From Candidatus Pacearchaeota archaeon (lineage in GTDB: Archaea; Nanobdellota; Nanobdellia; Pacearchaeales; GW2011-AR1): DNA of 64,000 bases. Below, piece after piece: positions 18,202-27,846 of this stretch. The position numbers and the translations under genes are program-made. The stretch's first letter is position 1; each line of letters begins with the position of its first letter. The notes beneath the pieces are model-generated. The model was given only the letters and a program-made list of their open reading frames with translations, ran no database searches and had not been told where the DNA came from. The DNA lies in assembly GCA_050124795.1 (NCBI GenBank), contig JASFEO010000001.1:32001-96000 (forward strand). Reading direction: 5' to 3'.

Positions 18202-20634
18202 TCACTTTTTCTTTTTAATAACAGCGATTAACAAAAGAATTAATAAAATCAAAAGAAGCAAGAACATTAAAAGTAATCCATAACCTTGTTTTAGGAATTT
18301 TACAAATGCGCTATCTTCAATTTCCTTTTCTTCTTCCTCCTCAATAAAATATCCTATTCCTGAAAAACCAGGAGTGACTGGTTCGAATATTTCCCTGTGT
18401 CCAATAATATTATTGCTTCCTCCACCTCCTCCGCCACCACCGCCGGAGTTTTTCTTTACGGTTATACTGATATTTGCCTCTGCATAATCATTATCCAAAT
18501 CATAAAGTCTTAATGTCAATTCTTCTGTGCCTTTTTCAATTCCTTTAATTGTAAGAACTTTCCTGTCGATTGCCGCATCAAAATAATCACTTTCTTCAAT
18601 AACTTCCCAGGTTAAATCATCTCCTGAATCTTCCAAATCATTTTCATAATCTTCCAAATCAATTGTTATCTCTTTATCAATATAAACAGATTCTTCATCA
18701 TCCATGCCTTCTATCCAGGGCAAATTATTTCTTATGATTAAATTAACTTCGCTCTGACCTCCTGAACCATCTGTGAAATTAAATGCAAATGCAAATATGT
18801 TGCTGTCACCAAAAAAGTCATGCGTCAATGGAATTAAATTTAACTTGTAAAAATATTCTCCGTTTGAATTTTCAATTTCCCCTAAATCTGCTCTTCCCCC
18901 AGGAAGACTCACCAAAGTTGCTTTTGTTACCATGTCCTCAGCCGGCCCATTGTCTCCAATAACTTTAAATGAAACATAAAAACCTTCTCCTCTGTAAAAA
19001 TCATAATCTTCATTTAGAAATTCAGAATCATTAAAAACTTTCAAATCTTTAATTTCATATTTTTCTTCCAAAACTGAATAAGAAAACTTTGGATTTTTAT
19101 CTAAGTCTGGGTTGGATCCATTCTTTGTTGCAATTGCATAGACAGTAAAATTCCCAACTGTTTCCTGAAGGTCCTTTACAGAGCAGCCTCCTGAAATTGA
19201 ATCTGTTGTGCACTTTCCAAATAAACTTCCGTCGTTATAATAAACTTTGACCTCTGAATCACTTGCCGGGTTTCCAAAAGAATTCTCAACATAAATACTG
19301 CAGCTTTGGTTATTGTTTTCAATCACATTTTCAAAACATGTTAAATCTGTAATCTCCAAGGTGTCTTTTTCTGTTCCAATGTTGACTGTCGCTGAATCAC
19401 TATCCCCGTCAGAATCTTCTACTGTGCATGCCGCTGTGTAACTTCCAAAATTTGTATAAGTATGACTTGGGTTTTGCAAATCTGAACTTTCACCGTCGCC
19501 AAAACTCCATGAATAAGATAAAGTTCCATCTCCTCCTGAAGCTTGGCAAGTAAAATCAACATCAAGTGGAACAACTCCTGAATCTGGTGTTGCAGAGATA
19601 GTTGTAATTGTCGGCTTCTTGTCTTCAATAACGTTTATTGAAACTGTTGCTGAATCCTCATCATTATCAGAATCTCTTACAGTGCATGCCGCTGTGTAAC
19701 TTCCAAAATTTGTATAAGTATGACTTGGGTTTTGCAAATCTGAACTTTCACCGTCGCCAAAACTCCAATGATAAGAAAGTTGTCCATTTCCGCTACTTGC
19801 AGAACAAGAAAAACTAACTGTCAAAGGCTCCACTCCTGAACTTGGATTTGCAGAAACTGAATTTATTTCTGGATTTGTGTCCGGCTCATTAATATGAATA
19901 TCCCCTGTTTTTAAATCAAAATTATAACTTAAACATTTTTCTTCATTATCAAGACTTGTGTAAACTCTGATAGTATAATCCCCCGGACTTAAAGTCCTTG
20001 AAAAACTAACTTGAGAATTTTCTGAAAAATCAATTGTCTTTTGTTTTATCTCTGTATAAATAATATCTTCATTTGAATTTTTGATTTCTAAATTAATATC
20101 AACTTTTGTTGAATAATGATTTGTTAATTCCGCAGGTATTACTTTTAACGGACCTGCATTATCTATCGGCGAATCAACAACTGCATTAACATTAACTGTC
20201 TGCCCTGAAACTGAAACATCAAAATTATTAATTGTTGAAATGCATGATTGTTTTCTTGTTAAATAATCTGTATTTGTCAAAGTGCCAGTACCATCATATG
20301 TAACTTTTCTTTCATAAGGAATGTAACCATTTTTATAAATATAAACTGCATAACCTTCTCCCTGTAAAGTTTCTGGGTATGTAAAGATGAGTGAACTTGA
20401 ACTTGTGCTTTTTCCCCATAATGTCTTTGAAAAACTAGTGCATGCAGAATCAGCGCATACAAATGCAATTGCATTAACTCCATTAACAGGGGTGTTTGTT
20501 TTGATAAGATTTTCATTTGAATCATAATAAGCATATTTGAAATTATTTTCCTCCGTTACTGTTGCATTAATTAATTGAAAAGAATTCACTAAAAGAATAA
20601 TTCCAAAGATAAAAAAGAAATTAATCTTTTTCAT
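18202..20634 (-). CDS. membrane-anchored PKD-domain surface protein
   Basis: signal peptide; two PKD repeats (YxWSFGDGESSDLQNPSHTY); Gly linker; C-terminal TM + KKKK. Confidence 0.9.
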   Translation of the reverse strand: MKKINFFFIFGIILLVNSFQLINATVTEENNFKYAYYDSNENLIKTNTPVNGVNAIAFVCADSACTSFSKTLWGKSTSSSSLIFTYPETLQGEGYAVYIYKNGYIPYERKVTYDGTGTLTNTDYLTRKQSCISTINNFDVSVSGQTVNVNAVVDSPIDNAGPLKVIPAELTNHYSTKVDINLEIKNSNEDIIYTEIKQKTIDFSENSQVSFSRTLSPGDYTIRVYTSLDNEEKCLSYNFDLKTGDIHINEPDTNPEINSVSANPSSGVEPLTVSFSCSASSGNGQLSYHWSFGDGESSDLQNPSHTYTNFGSYTAACTVRDSDNDEDSATVSINVIEDKKPTITTISATPDSGVVPLDVDFTCQASGGDGTLSYSWSFGDGESSDLQNPSHTYTNFGSYTAACTVEDSDGDSDSATVNIGTEKDTLEITDLTCFENVIENNNQSCSIYVENSFGNPASDSEVKVYYNDGSLFGKCTTDSISGGCSVKDLQETVGNFTVYAIATKNGSNPDLDKNPKFSYSVLEEKYEIKDLKVFNDSEFLNEDYDFYRGEGFYVSFKVIGDNGPAEDMVTKATLVSLPGGRADLGEIENSNGEYFYKLNLIPLTHDFFGDSNIFAFAFNFTDGSGGQSEVNLIIRNNLPWIEGMDDEESVYIDKEITIDLEDYENDLEDSGDDLTWEVIEESDYFDAAIDRKVLTIKGIEKGTEELTLRLYDLDNDYAEANISITVKKNSGGGGGGGGGSNNIIGHREIFEPVTPGFSGIGYFIEEEEEKEIEDSAFVKFLKQGYGLLLMFLLLLILLILLLIAVIKKKK
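19424..19767. repeat. 86-bp identical direct repeat in the two PKD domains
   Basis: 19424-19509 = 19682-19767, period 258 bp. Confidence 0.9.
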
Positions 20635-20636
20635 TA

Positions 20637-20936
20637 TTATTGTCCTCCAACCCCGTCTGATGAACCCCCGCCAACTCCTCCGCCATTATCATTTCCGCCG
20701 TCATTGTTGCCATTATCATCCCCTTCTCCGTCATTGTCATTTCCATGATAAAGTTGATACTTTTCTATATTTCTTTCCCCGTGTCCGGGACTTCTATCCG
20801 GAAGATAATATCTTCGCGGGCATCCGCATCCTGTGATTATTGCTGCGCCGACTATTCCTGCTAAACCTGTGCATGCAATTTTTTTTATTGTAGAATAATT
20901 TCCCTTCACTGAGTTGTAAATATCTTTTATTGCCAT
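20637..20936 (-). CDS. small lipoprotein-like protein with Gly/Asn/Asp-rich tail
   Basis: hydrophobic stretch ending ITGC; low-complexity tail. Confidence 0.55.
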   Translation of the reverse strand: MAIKDIYNSVKGNYSTIKKIACTGLAGIVGAAIITGCGCPRRYYLPDRSPGHGERNIEKYQLYHGNDNDGEGDDNGNNDGGNDNGGGVGGGSSDGVGGQ

Positions 20937-20986
20937 TTTGTTGTAATTTTACAATTAAAACGCTTTATAAATATTTCTATTTCTTT

Positions 20987-21886
20987 TTATATAAGATTTA
21001 TTAATATAATTAGCAAAACAATAAATGTAATCACCCCGATCGCAATAAATGGAAAAATACTTTTTTGATTTTTTTCAGAAACAAGTAATTTTGATTTTGA
21101 GATAATTGTACAACCTGTTGACTCCGCAGGTTTGTTATATTCGCGGTCACAATTATTTTTATCAACACATGTTCTTGTTCTTATTCCATTGTTGCATCCG
21201 GACCAATCTGGGCATTCCCAGTTGTTTACACAAAAATCCCCAACTAATTTATATCCTGATAAAGAACTTTTTTTCTCATTATCTTCTTCTTTGCATTCTC
21301 CATTTTTACAATAATCTTCACATTCCTCCACAATTTCTGTTGCACTTTCATTTCTACAAAATCCTGAATTGCAAACAGGAGTTATTAAATCTCTTGCAAT
21401 ATTTTCGGCAGAACAATATTTTTCTTCATAATAAGACCCCCCGCAATCAGAATTTATTTTGCATTCTGGTTCAAAACAGACTCCGCAATCTATTTCACAT
21501 CTTGAACAGTCTTCATCATTATTGCAAATTCCATCCCCGCAAAAATCAATAGGTTCAGGAATTTCAATTGTGCAATTTTCTGAGCATCCGTCGTTATTTA
21601 TTAAATTTCCGTCGTCGCATTCTTCACAAACCTGCTTTATTCCGTCGCTGCAATAATTTGTTATTGTTTTTAATTTGCAGGTATCTGCGCAATATTCACA
21701 ACTGCTTCCATAATTCGCCCAGCATAAAAAGCCATTTAACAAGCCATAATCGCATTCCTCAAAATTCTGGTTGACTTCTCCATCTCCGCAAAAATTATCT
21801 TCAACAGGATGTGCTAATACAAAACTCATCAAAGATATTAAAATAAAAATTCCAAAAACAAAAATCAATAACCTTCTTTTAACCAT
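20987..21886 (-). CDS. Cys-rich repeat (DUF4215/Myxococcus-type) surface protein
   Basis: CGDG...EECDDGN..NNDGCS..C repeats; WEC..WS.C..G.R.RTC; C-terminal TM. Confidence 0.85.
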   Translation of the reverse strand: MVKRRLLIFVFGIFILISLMSFVLAHPVEDNFCGDGEVNQNFEECDYGLLNGFLCWANYGSSCEYCADTCKLKTITNYCSDGIKQVCEECDDGNLINNDGCSENCTIEIPEPIDFCGDGICNNDEDCSRCEIDCGVCFEPECKINSDCGGSYYEEKYCSAENIARDLITPVCNSGFCRNESATEIVEECEDYCKNGECKEEDNEKKSSLSGYKLVGDFCVNNWECPDWSGCNNGIRTRTCVDKNNCDREYNKPAESTGCTIISKSKLLVSEKNQKSIFPFIAIGVITFIVLLIILINLI

Positions 21887-21946
21887 ATAAAAACCTAATT
21901 CATTCACTTTAAAAATATAATTGTATCAGAAAATATATTTTAAGAA

Positions 21947-22948
21947 TTACCTCTCCTCTTTCTTTAACTCACTCATTTTCACAACCTTAATTGGTTTTGA
22001 CTTTTTCTTGCCCGAAGTTTTCTTCTTAACAGACTTTGTATTTTTCTTTTCTCCTTTTTTAGACCTTGCATAAACAACTATCCCGATAATTAAAAGAACC
22101 AAAAGTAAAACCACTTTACCTGTTTTTGATTTAGCTAAATCTGAAATCACATTTCCTGTTGAAGAACTTTTTTCATTATTTGTTTCTTCTGATTCTAACT
22201 TACTTAAATCAGTCTCTTGTGTTTGTGTTGTGTTTGCTCCATCCTCTGTTGATAATGCTTGTGTTGGCAATCCTCCACCTGAAGAACTACCTCCTCCGCC
22301 ACCGCCAGATGAGCCTCCTCCGCTTGAACTTCCTCCTCCTGATGAAGAAGATGAACTGCTTGAAGAAGGTGCAGTGCAGTTTGAAATGTCATAAGTGCAA
22401 GTTGGAGAACATCCTAACTCTCCTGAATAGCCGGACAATCCATAATAATAAAGCATAACACTCTCACAAGTTGCATGTAAAGAAAAATTTCCTCCATCAC
22501 ACTGTTCACCTGCATTTGAATTCAAATCTCCATTTCCGCAAGGATCATTTGAAGGAATTTCTTCATCAAAATATAAATCTAAAGTAACTTTTTGACCTCT
22601 TTCATCTTCATAATTATTCCATGAACTTTTATTCAAAGATTCAACTCCATTTATTATAAAAGTAATTTCTCCATAATAATTTGGGTCCCCTGTCGATACT
22701 TGAAGTCCTGAATAATTAGAATTAAAAATATCAAGAACAGCAACAGGTTCATTATTAATTATTGCTCTCAAAGAATATGTTCCATTTTCTAAAAGAGTTC
22801 CATTAACATAGATTTCTCCTGAAAAAATCTTTGGCGGGCCTCCTGGTTGAACTAATATATCTGCTAGGATAAAACTAGTTAAAAAGATTAATGCAACCCA
22901 CAATAATAAAATATTTTTTCTCATGCTTTTCTCAAAGATTTTTTCCAT
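21947..22948 (-). CDS. surface protein with Cys-rich module and Ser/Gly linker
   Basis: signal peptide; CGNG...GEQCDG..C; poly-S/G; TM + Lys-rich tail. Confidence 0.8.
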   Translation of the reverse strand: MEKIFEKSMRKNILLLWVALIFLTSFILADILVQPGGPPKIFSGEIYVNGTLLENGTYSLRAIINNEPVAVLDIFNSNYSGLQVSTGDPNYYGEITFIINGVESLNKSSWNNYEDERGQKVTLDLYFDEEIPSNDPCGNGDLNSNAGEQCDGGNFSLHATCESVMLYYYGLSGYSGELGCSPTCTYDISNCTAPSSSSSSSSSGGGSSSGGGSSGGGGGGSSSGGGLPTQALSTEDGANTTQTQETDLSKLESEETNNEKSSSTGNVISDLAKSKTGKVVLLLVLLIIGIVVYARSKKGEKKNTKSVKKKTSGKKKSKPIKVVKMSELKKEER

Positions 22949-23051
22949 TTAAAAAGATTGTTGTCCTTAATAAATTATTTTGTAGTTGTATTTAGTATTC
23001 ACTAACTTGTTAAAAAATAAAAGAAAAAGAAAATAAAATTGTTTTAGTTAA

Positions 23052-25571
23052 TCAAGGTCCCCAAAGACAAGCTTTATTGGCATATGCATAACTGTCATCT
23101 CCCTGTGCAAAGAACCAATATCCTTCTCCTGGATTCATAATGTAAGCATCATAAAATGCAGAATCATATCCTACTAATGTGCTCCATTTATTGAAGATTG
23201 ATGCTAATGCACAAATTCTTGGTTTTGATGCAAGACCATAATGTCCAATTAAATTCCATCCCGAACTTATAGGAACACTATTGCCAGGATTGTTACCTGC
23301 TTCAAACAAACTTCCTCCAACAATCAAATCAGTGGAATCACTTGTTTTAACCCAGTAACCTCTGCCCGGAACAATATTCACTAAATTTGAATCTTCGTCA
23401 CCAGGAATGTAATAAAACCATTCTCCACCTTCATATGACCAAACTTCTTCAATATTTTCATCATCGCCAAAAACTTCTTCAACATTTGAACTTAATAAAT
23501 TAACTGGAACTGAAATTAAATTCCATTTTTTATCAAGAGATATAGGGAAGTTTTCACCAATTACCTTGAAAACTTTTAATCCACTTGAAGATTTGTTCAC
23601 ATTATCATAGCAAGTATATTCTACTCTATGTCTGCATGATCCTTCAAACCAGAAAGTTACTTCATCATTTGAAACACATTCTTCTGTTGGTTCTTCAGTA
23701 TCTTTATCCCAATAGATAGTGTAACAGATTTCACGAACTTCTGAGGGATGGTTTCCTTGGTCTTCACAACTTAATGTAATTGGAGTGCCCATTGTAACAA
23801 TCCAATCCCAATCATCTTCACATTGGGGCCTAAGAGCTTCCCATATTCCATTACAATCATGCGAATATTCACCTACTTCCAAATCTAATTTTGGAGCAGT
23901 ATGATCAGAAAACACAAACTCTACATTGATATGTTCTTCATTTCCAAGTAAATCAGTAGAGTAATACTCAATCACATGGCATGATTCTTCAATTCCGAAA
24001 GGAGCAGTGTATTCCTGCCAACTTTGGTCATCTTTTGGAGTTTCCTGCCATTGAGAACTACTATTTCTATAACACCAACTATTATCCTTAAGCCTTTCAA
24101 CTCTGTAGTAAGTCTTGTCAACTCCTACTGGGTGAGGCTCTGGGTCAGCTGATGTTAAGACAACTCTTGAAACAGTATCAATCCATTGAACTTCGTCTTC
24201 ATGATAATAATAAGGTCCTTCAAAACCAATTCTTGTATTAGGAGCCTGTGTATCGACAATAAACTGTTCAACTAAATCTCTGTCCTTGTTTCCTAAAAGA
24301 TCTGTAGCCTCGCAAATTAATTGATGGTAAGAATCTTCATGGAAATAAAAACATCCATTATTAAGTGCGATTCTAAGAATATCATCCGGGTCTCCGGAAT
24401 TATCTTCTGCCCACCAGTTTGACCAGCAAGTGATTGTATCTAATCCTACTGGATGAGGCTCTGGATCATAAGCATCAACACAAATCTTTGTATTTTGATT
24501 TATGTAACACTCATTATCAATGCAAACCATTGGTTCTCCAACAACTGTATCTTCAAAAATTGGTCCAACTGAATCCACAATGAAATTTTTTGTCTCAGTG
24601 TCAACTTTTCCAACTTTATCAAAACATCTGTATTCTAATTCATGTCTTGAATCCTCAAGAAAATAAAAACTCATAGCTTCTTCCCATTCAGTCCATTCTC
24701 CCCAGAGTTCTGTGTCTTCATTATAGACTCTATATCTATATTCTCTATAATCCACCCCAGATTGCCAATCAGCACCTGAATCAGAACAGCTTAGTTTTAT
24801 TTCAGTTGCATGATTTACATAACAAGCATCAGAAGTTCCTTCTTCATCGTCCTCACAATCTCCTTGTTGAGGTGTTTGAACATTCAACGAAACTTCGGGC
24901 GGAGTCAAATCCAGATACCAAATTCCTGAATCCCCGCTAACATGTGTCCCAGTTCCCTGATCCATTCTTACTCTAATGCAATATTCTCCGCTTGGAACAT
25001 CGTCAAGAGCAGGGTCCCACCAATAAGACATTGGAATTGGTTCTGAATCAACAGTCTCTATTGTATGCCATATTGAAGTGTCACAACTTTCTCCATATTG
25101 GATAGTATAAGTTGAAGGATTACAATCTCCTGAATATGTCCAGTTTATCCAAAGAGGATCATAATATTCTCCAGATTCTGGGGATAAAACAGTCACTTTA
25201 CACTCAGGAAGTTGACAATTACTTGTATCAATTAAACAATTATTCAGTGGATTTGAATCGCTCATTGTACAACTTAATGTTCCAACATAACCTTCTCCCA
25301 TCTCGCTTTCACAAGTCGCGTCTCCAAAGTCAAACCAGTCACATTCTTCACTTTGTTGATTTATTATCCTATCTCCGCAATATCCTTCTCCCTGACAATC
25401 CTGAATCGGTGTTCCCGCACATATGCCTTGTGCATCACAAGTATCACCTATAGTGCAATCATCTCCGTCGTCGCAAGACTCACCAGGTGTACAAACCATA
25501 GCACTAACAACACCAAAACTTGTCATCACTAAAACACCAATCATCAAACTAATTAATAATAATTTTTTCAT
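23052..25571 (-). CDS. large acidic secreted Cys-rich/Ig-like repeat protein
   Basis: signal peptide; CDDGDDCT.GDTC; repeated H.L.Y...D..G..D..P modules; C-terminal L..GWNLI repeats; GGAGGT SD. Confidence 0.85.
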   Translation of the reverse strand: MKKLLLISLMIGVLVMTSFGVVSAMVCTPGESCDDGDDCTIGDTCDAQGICAGTPIQDCQGEGYCGDRIINQQSEECDWFDFGDATCESEMGEGYVGTLSCTMSDSNPLNNCLIDTSNCQLPECKVTVLSPESGEYYDPLWINWTYSGDCNPSTYTIQYGESCDTSIWHTIETVDSEPIPMSYWWDPALDDVPSGEYCIRVRMDQGTGTHVSGDSGIWYLDLTPPEVSLNVQTPQQGDCEDDEEGTSDACYVNHATEIKLSCSDSGADWQSGVDYREYRYRVYNEDTELWGEWTEWEEAMSFYFLEDSRHELEYRCFDKVGKVDTETKNFIVDSVGPIFEDTVVGEPMVCIDNECYINQNTKICVDAYDPEPHPVGLDTITCWSNWWAEDNSGDPDDILRIALNNGCFYFHEDSYHQLICEATDLLGNKDRDLVEQFIVDTQAPNTRIGFEGPYYYHEDEVQWIDTVSRVVLTSADPEPHPVGVDKTYYRVERLKDNSWCYRNSSSQWQETPKDDQSWQEYTAPFGIEESCHVIEYYSTDLLGNEEHINVEFVFSDHTAPKLDLEVGEYSHDCNGIWEALRPQCEDDWDWIVTMGTPITLSCEDQGNHPSEVREICYTIYWDKDTEEPTEECVSNDEVTFWFEGSCRHRVEYTCYDNVNKSSSGLKVFKVIGENFPISLDKKWNLISVPVNLLSSNVEEVFGDDENIEEVWSYEGGEWFYYIPGDEDSNLVNIVPGRGYWVKTSDSTDLIVGGSLFEAGNNPGNSVPISSGWNLIGHYGLASKPRICALASIFNKWSTLVGYDSAFYDAYIMNPGEGYWFFAQGDDSYAYANKACLWGP

Positions 25572-25646
25572 ATTTTATAACCTCCTTTCAATACTTTCTT
25601 CCCAATTTAATTGGTCTCAGTTGCAAAATTAAATTCTGCCAAAAAC

Positions 25647-25670
25647 CGTTATACACGTTATACGTATAAC
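25647..25670. promoter_or_regulatory. candidate operator upstream of surface-protein cluster
   Basis: perfect 14-bp palindrome GTTATACGTATAAC (25657-25670) plus an extra CGTTATAC half-site at 25647. Confidence 0.5.
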
Positions 25671-25814
25671 TATGATGTAAGTGGTGAATAATCCCTGAAA
25701 TATTTCCCTTTTTTGCCATTTTCAATAGAATTCTTATTCTGATGAAAATTTCTTTTAAAAGTATTTTGTCGACGGAAAATATACTTTTTGTAATTACTCA
25801 AAATTAATGAAAAC

Positions 25815-26615
25815 TTAATAACTCTTCCACAAAACTAATTTATTTTTATCATCCCTTAAAAACATTGTATCCCCTGAATCAGTCCAAACATAATCTTCCC
25901 TACCCCAAAAAATTTCACTTTGAGTATTTCCCCCTTCCCCCACTTTTACTTCCACTTTCTTTCCAGCTTCTAAAATAAAATCCTCAAAACTAAAATGTTT
26001 TCTTCCTTCATCCTTTATACCCCAATTTGTTAAGTCGCAATCAAAACTGCATTTATTATAAAAAACTAAAATTTCACTTTTATAATCAAACTTTTTTAAC
26101 TCAATGCAATCAGCGCAAATATCCTCAGACTTTTCACACAAATTTATTTTTTTATTTAAACAATTTTTCCATGCACTTCTAAAATCTTCATAATAATTAT
26201 CTTTTCCCGACGGAAAATAATAATTTGCAAAACCTGCTTCAACAATTTCTTGGTTTACATTTTCATTTCCTAAATAAACATAAGCTAAGATTCTTTTGTA
26301 TTTGTCATATTTATCTCTTCCAAAAACTAACTCAACTTCTCTCCCTAAAATTTCACCTTCTAAAAATTCTTTTGCCTCATTAGAATACTCCTCTCCTTTT
26401 TCAGGGGTGTTAATTCCTAAAAGTCTAATATGTTCACCAGTTTCAATTTCAATTGTATCTCCGTCAATAACTCTTGTAACAATAACTCTTGTAACATTTA
26501 CAACTCTGTCACCTGACAAAGATCTCTCAACCATGGAATTAAGATAAGGATAATTTATTGTGAAGAGAATTAATATTAATAAAACCAAAAAATAAATCTG
26601 ATTCTTCTTTTCCAT
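25815..26615 (-). CDS. membrane-anchored thermonuclease (SNase) with lamin-tail-like domain
   Basis: RVIDGDT, IRLLGINTPE, DKYKRILAYV; C-terminal VW.D.GDT.FLRD. Confidence 0.9.
   Translation of the reverse strand: MEKKNQIYFLVLLILILFTINYPYLNSMVERSLSGDRVVNVTRVIVTRVIDGDTIEIETGEHIRLLGINTPEKGEEYSNEAKEFLEGEILGREVELVFGRDKYDKYKRILAYVYLGNENVNQEIVEAGFANYYFPSGKDNYYEDFRSAWKNCLNKKINLCEKSEDICADCIELKKFDYKSEILVFYNKCSFDCDLTNWGIKDEGRKHFSFEDFILEAGKKVEVKVGEGGNTQSEIFWGREDYVWTDSGDTMFLRDDKNKLVLWKSY
26465..26496. repeat. 15-bp perfect tandem duplication in nuclease gene
   Basis: CAATAACTCTTGTAA x2; encodes VTRVI twice. Confidence 0.9.
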
Positions 26616-26704
26616 AGTTTTATATAAAATCTCTTTTTTTAAAATTAATGAAATTGGGTTTAAATTCTAAAGATTTTTATATGGTTAATTTCTGATATCT
26701 TCAA

Positions 26705-27070
26705 ACGAGGGTGCCTACGTTGCTCCCAGCCACATTTGCGATTCTTTAAATTTACTTTCAGGATTTATTGCTAATGTAACTGCTCGGTCAAACTGTTAGC
26801 CCACTCCGTAATAATTAAAAAGTCATTTTTTCTAAAAAATATATGCGAGGGTGCCGGAGTGGTCAAACGGGCTGGACTTAAGATCCAGTAGCTTAGTGCT
26901 TGCGCAGGTTCAAATCCTGTCCCTCGCATGAATGGAATTAAAAATTCCATAATTCTAGATAGAGTGTTTGCTAAATTCAAAAAGATTTATTTTCGAATCC
27001 GAGCAATTCCGTGGTAGAAGTATCGCCTGCACAGAAACTTCGTGCGAGATTGAGAGTTAGTCCCTCGCAT
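26705..27070 (+). other. structured region with colinear tRNA-Leu fragments flanking the intact tRNA
   Basis: CGAGGGTGCC 26706, GGTCAAAC 26786, TTCGAATCC 26992, GTCCCTCGCAT 27060; nested flank complementarity; TTTATAT about 24 nt upstream of 26705. Confidence 0.6.
26845..26928 (+). tRNA. tRNA-Leu(TAA), intronless
   Basis: GCGAGGG/CCCTCGC-A; CTGGA-CTTAAGA-TCCAG; variable arm; GCAGG-TTCAAAT-CCTGT. Confidence 0.97.
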
Positions 27071-27092
27071 TATAAACATTTTAGAATTATAC

Positions 27093-27539
27093 TTATTCAT
27101 CAACACTTAATTTAAGCCCTTTAAACTTCGGAGAATTTTCCACATATTCTTCAACACCATGGCAAGTCCTTCGATAAAATTCTTCTGCACCGCAAATTAA
27201 TCTTCCATCAAGGCAACAAGATCCATCTAAAATTCTCTTTCCATTTCTTGTGTAAATCGACGGAGACTCCTCATTTTTAGGGAAATTTCTAAGTGAGTAA
27301 CTAAAAAAATCAATCATTTTGTCCTCTCCATTTTCCCAAGGCAGCACAATAAAATAATCTGCTTTTTTTATTAATTCTAAATCTTCAAATGTTTCTAATA
27401 CATGATCTCTTGCATTATGAAAAGTTCCAAATTCAAATATATCTCCATAAACATAAATTCTCATTCCTTTTTCTGGTAAATTAAATCTCGCAGTAATATC
27501 TGGTTTTTTTCTAAGTTTTGTGAAATCTAATAAATCCAT
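27093..27539 (-). CDS. hypothetical protein
   Basis: 148-aa ORF. Confidence 0.6.
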   Translation of the reverse strand: MDLLDFTKLRKKPDITARFNLPEKGMRIYVYGDIFEFGTFHNARDHVLETFEDLELIKKADYFIVLPWENGEDKMIDFFSYSLRNFPKNEESPSIYTRNGKRILDGSCCLDGRLICGAEEFYRRTCHGVEEYVENSPKFKGLKLSVDE

Positions 27540-27540
27540 T

Positions 27541-27759
27541 TTACTGCTTTTGCAATTTTACACCAAGTTCTTCAAGCCGTTTCATGTGCGCCTGCATAAT
27601 TGCCTCGACATTTTGCATCATCTTAAACAATTCATTTCTTTCAGCAACCAAAGTGTTCAAGGCACCCTTATGAAAACCAATTTCTTCTTCCTTTGGAATT
27701 TGAGGTGCAGCATCTTTATTAAGTGCTTTTTCCAAATTATCTTTGTTTAGTTCTACCAT
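27541..27759 (-). CDS. small coiled-coil protein
   Basis: EEEIGFHKGALNTLVAERNEL..M...V..I...H...L.ELGV. Confidence 0.7.
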   Translation of the reverse strand: MVELNKDNLEKALNKDAAPQIPKEEEIGFHKGALNTLVAERNELFKMMQNVEAIMQAHMKRLEELGVKLQKQ

Positions 27760-27846
27760 AAAACTTCTCACAAAAATTGGTTAATAAATGTTTCTAATTA
27801 AATTTCCTAACGACAAATTTATAACCTTCTTTAAGTTCTAAGTAAT

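Noticed and set aside
22280-22370. Ser/Gly low-complexity tracts (also 18420-18446 and 20640-20745)
   Set aside because: Coding linkers with mixed codons, not DNA-level repeat arrays.
26771-26980. 69-aa minus-strand ORF
   Set aside because: Antisense shadow of tRNA-Leu.
26965-27070. Resemblance to group I (IC3) intron P/Q/R/S motifs (AAATTCAAAAAGA, AATCCGAGC, CTGCACAGAAACT, GAGTTAGTCC) beside tRNA-Leu(TAA)
   Set aside because: P7 (GACU/AGUC) cannot form fully, there is no P9 or terminal G context, and the stretch lies outside the tRNA. The tRNA-fragment reading explains it better; an Infernal group I search would settle it.
26705-27070. RNase P RNA, or a functional spliced outer tRNA
   Set aside because: No GAGGAAAGUCC-type CR-I. 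The outer fragments lack a pairable T stem, clean BHB motifs and a 1-72 pair.
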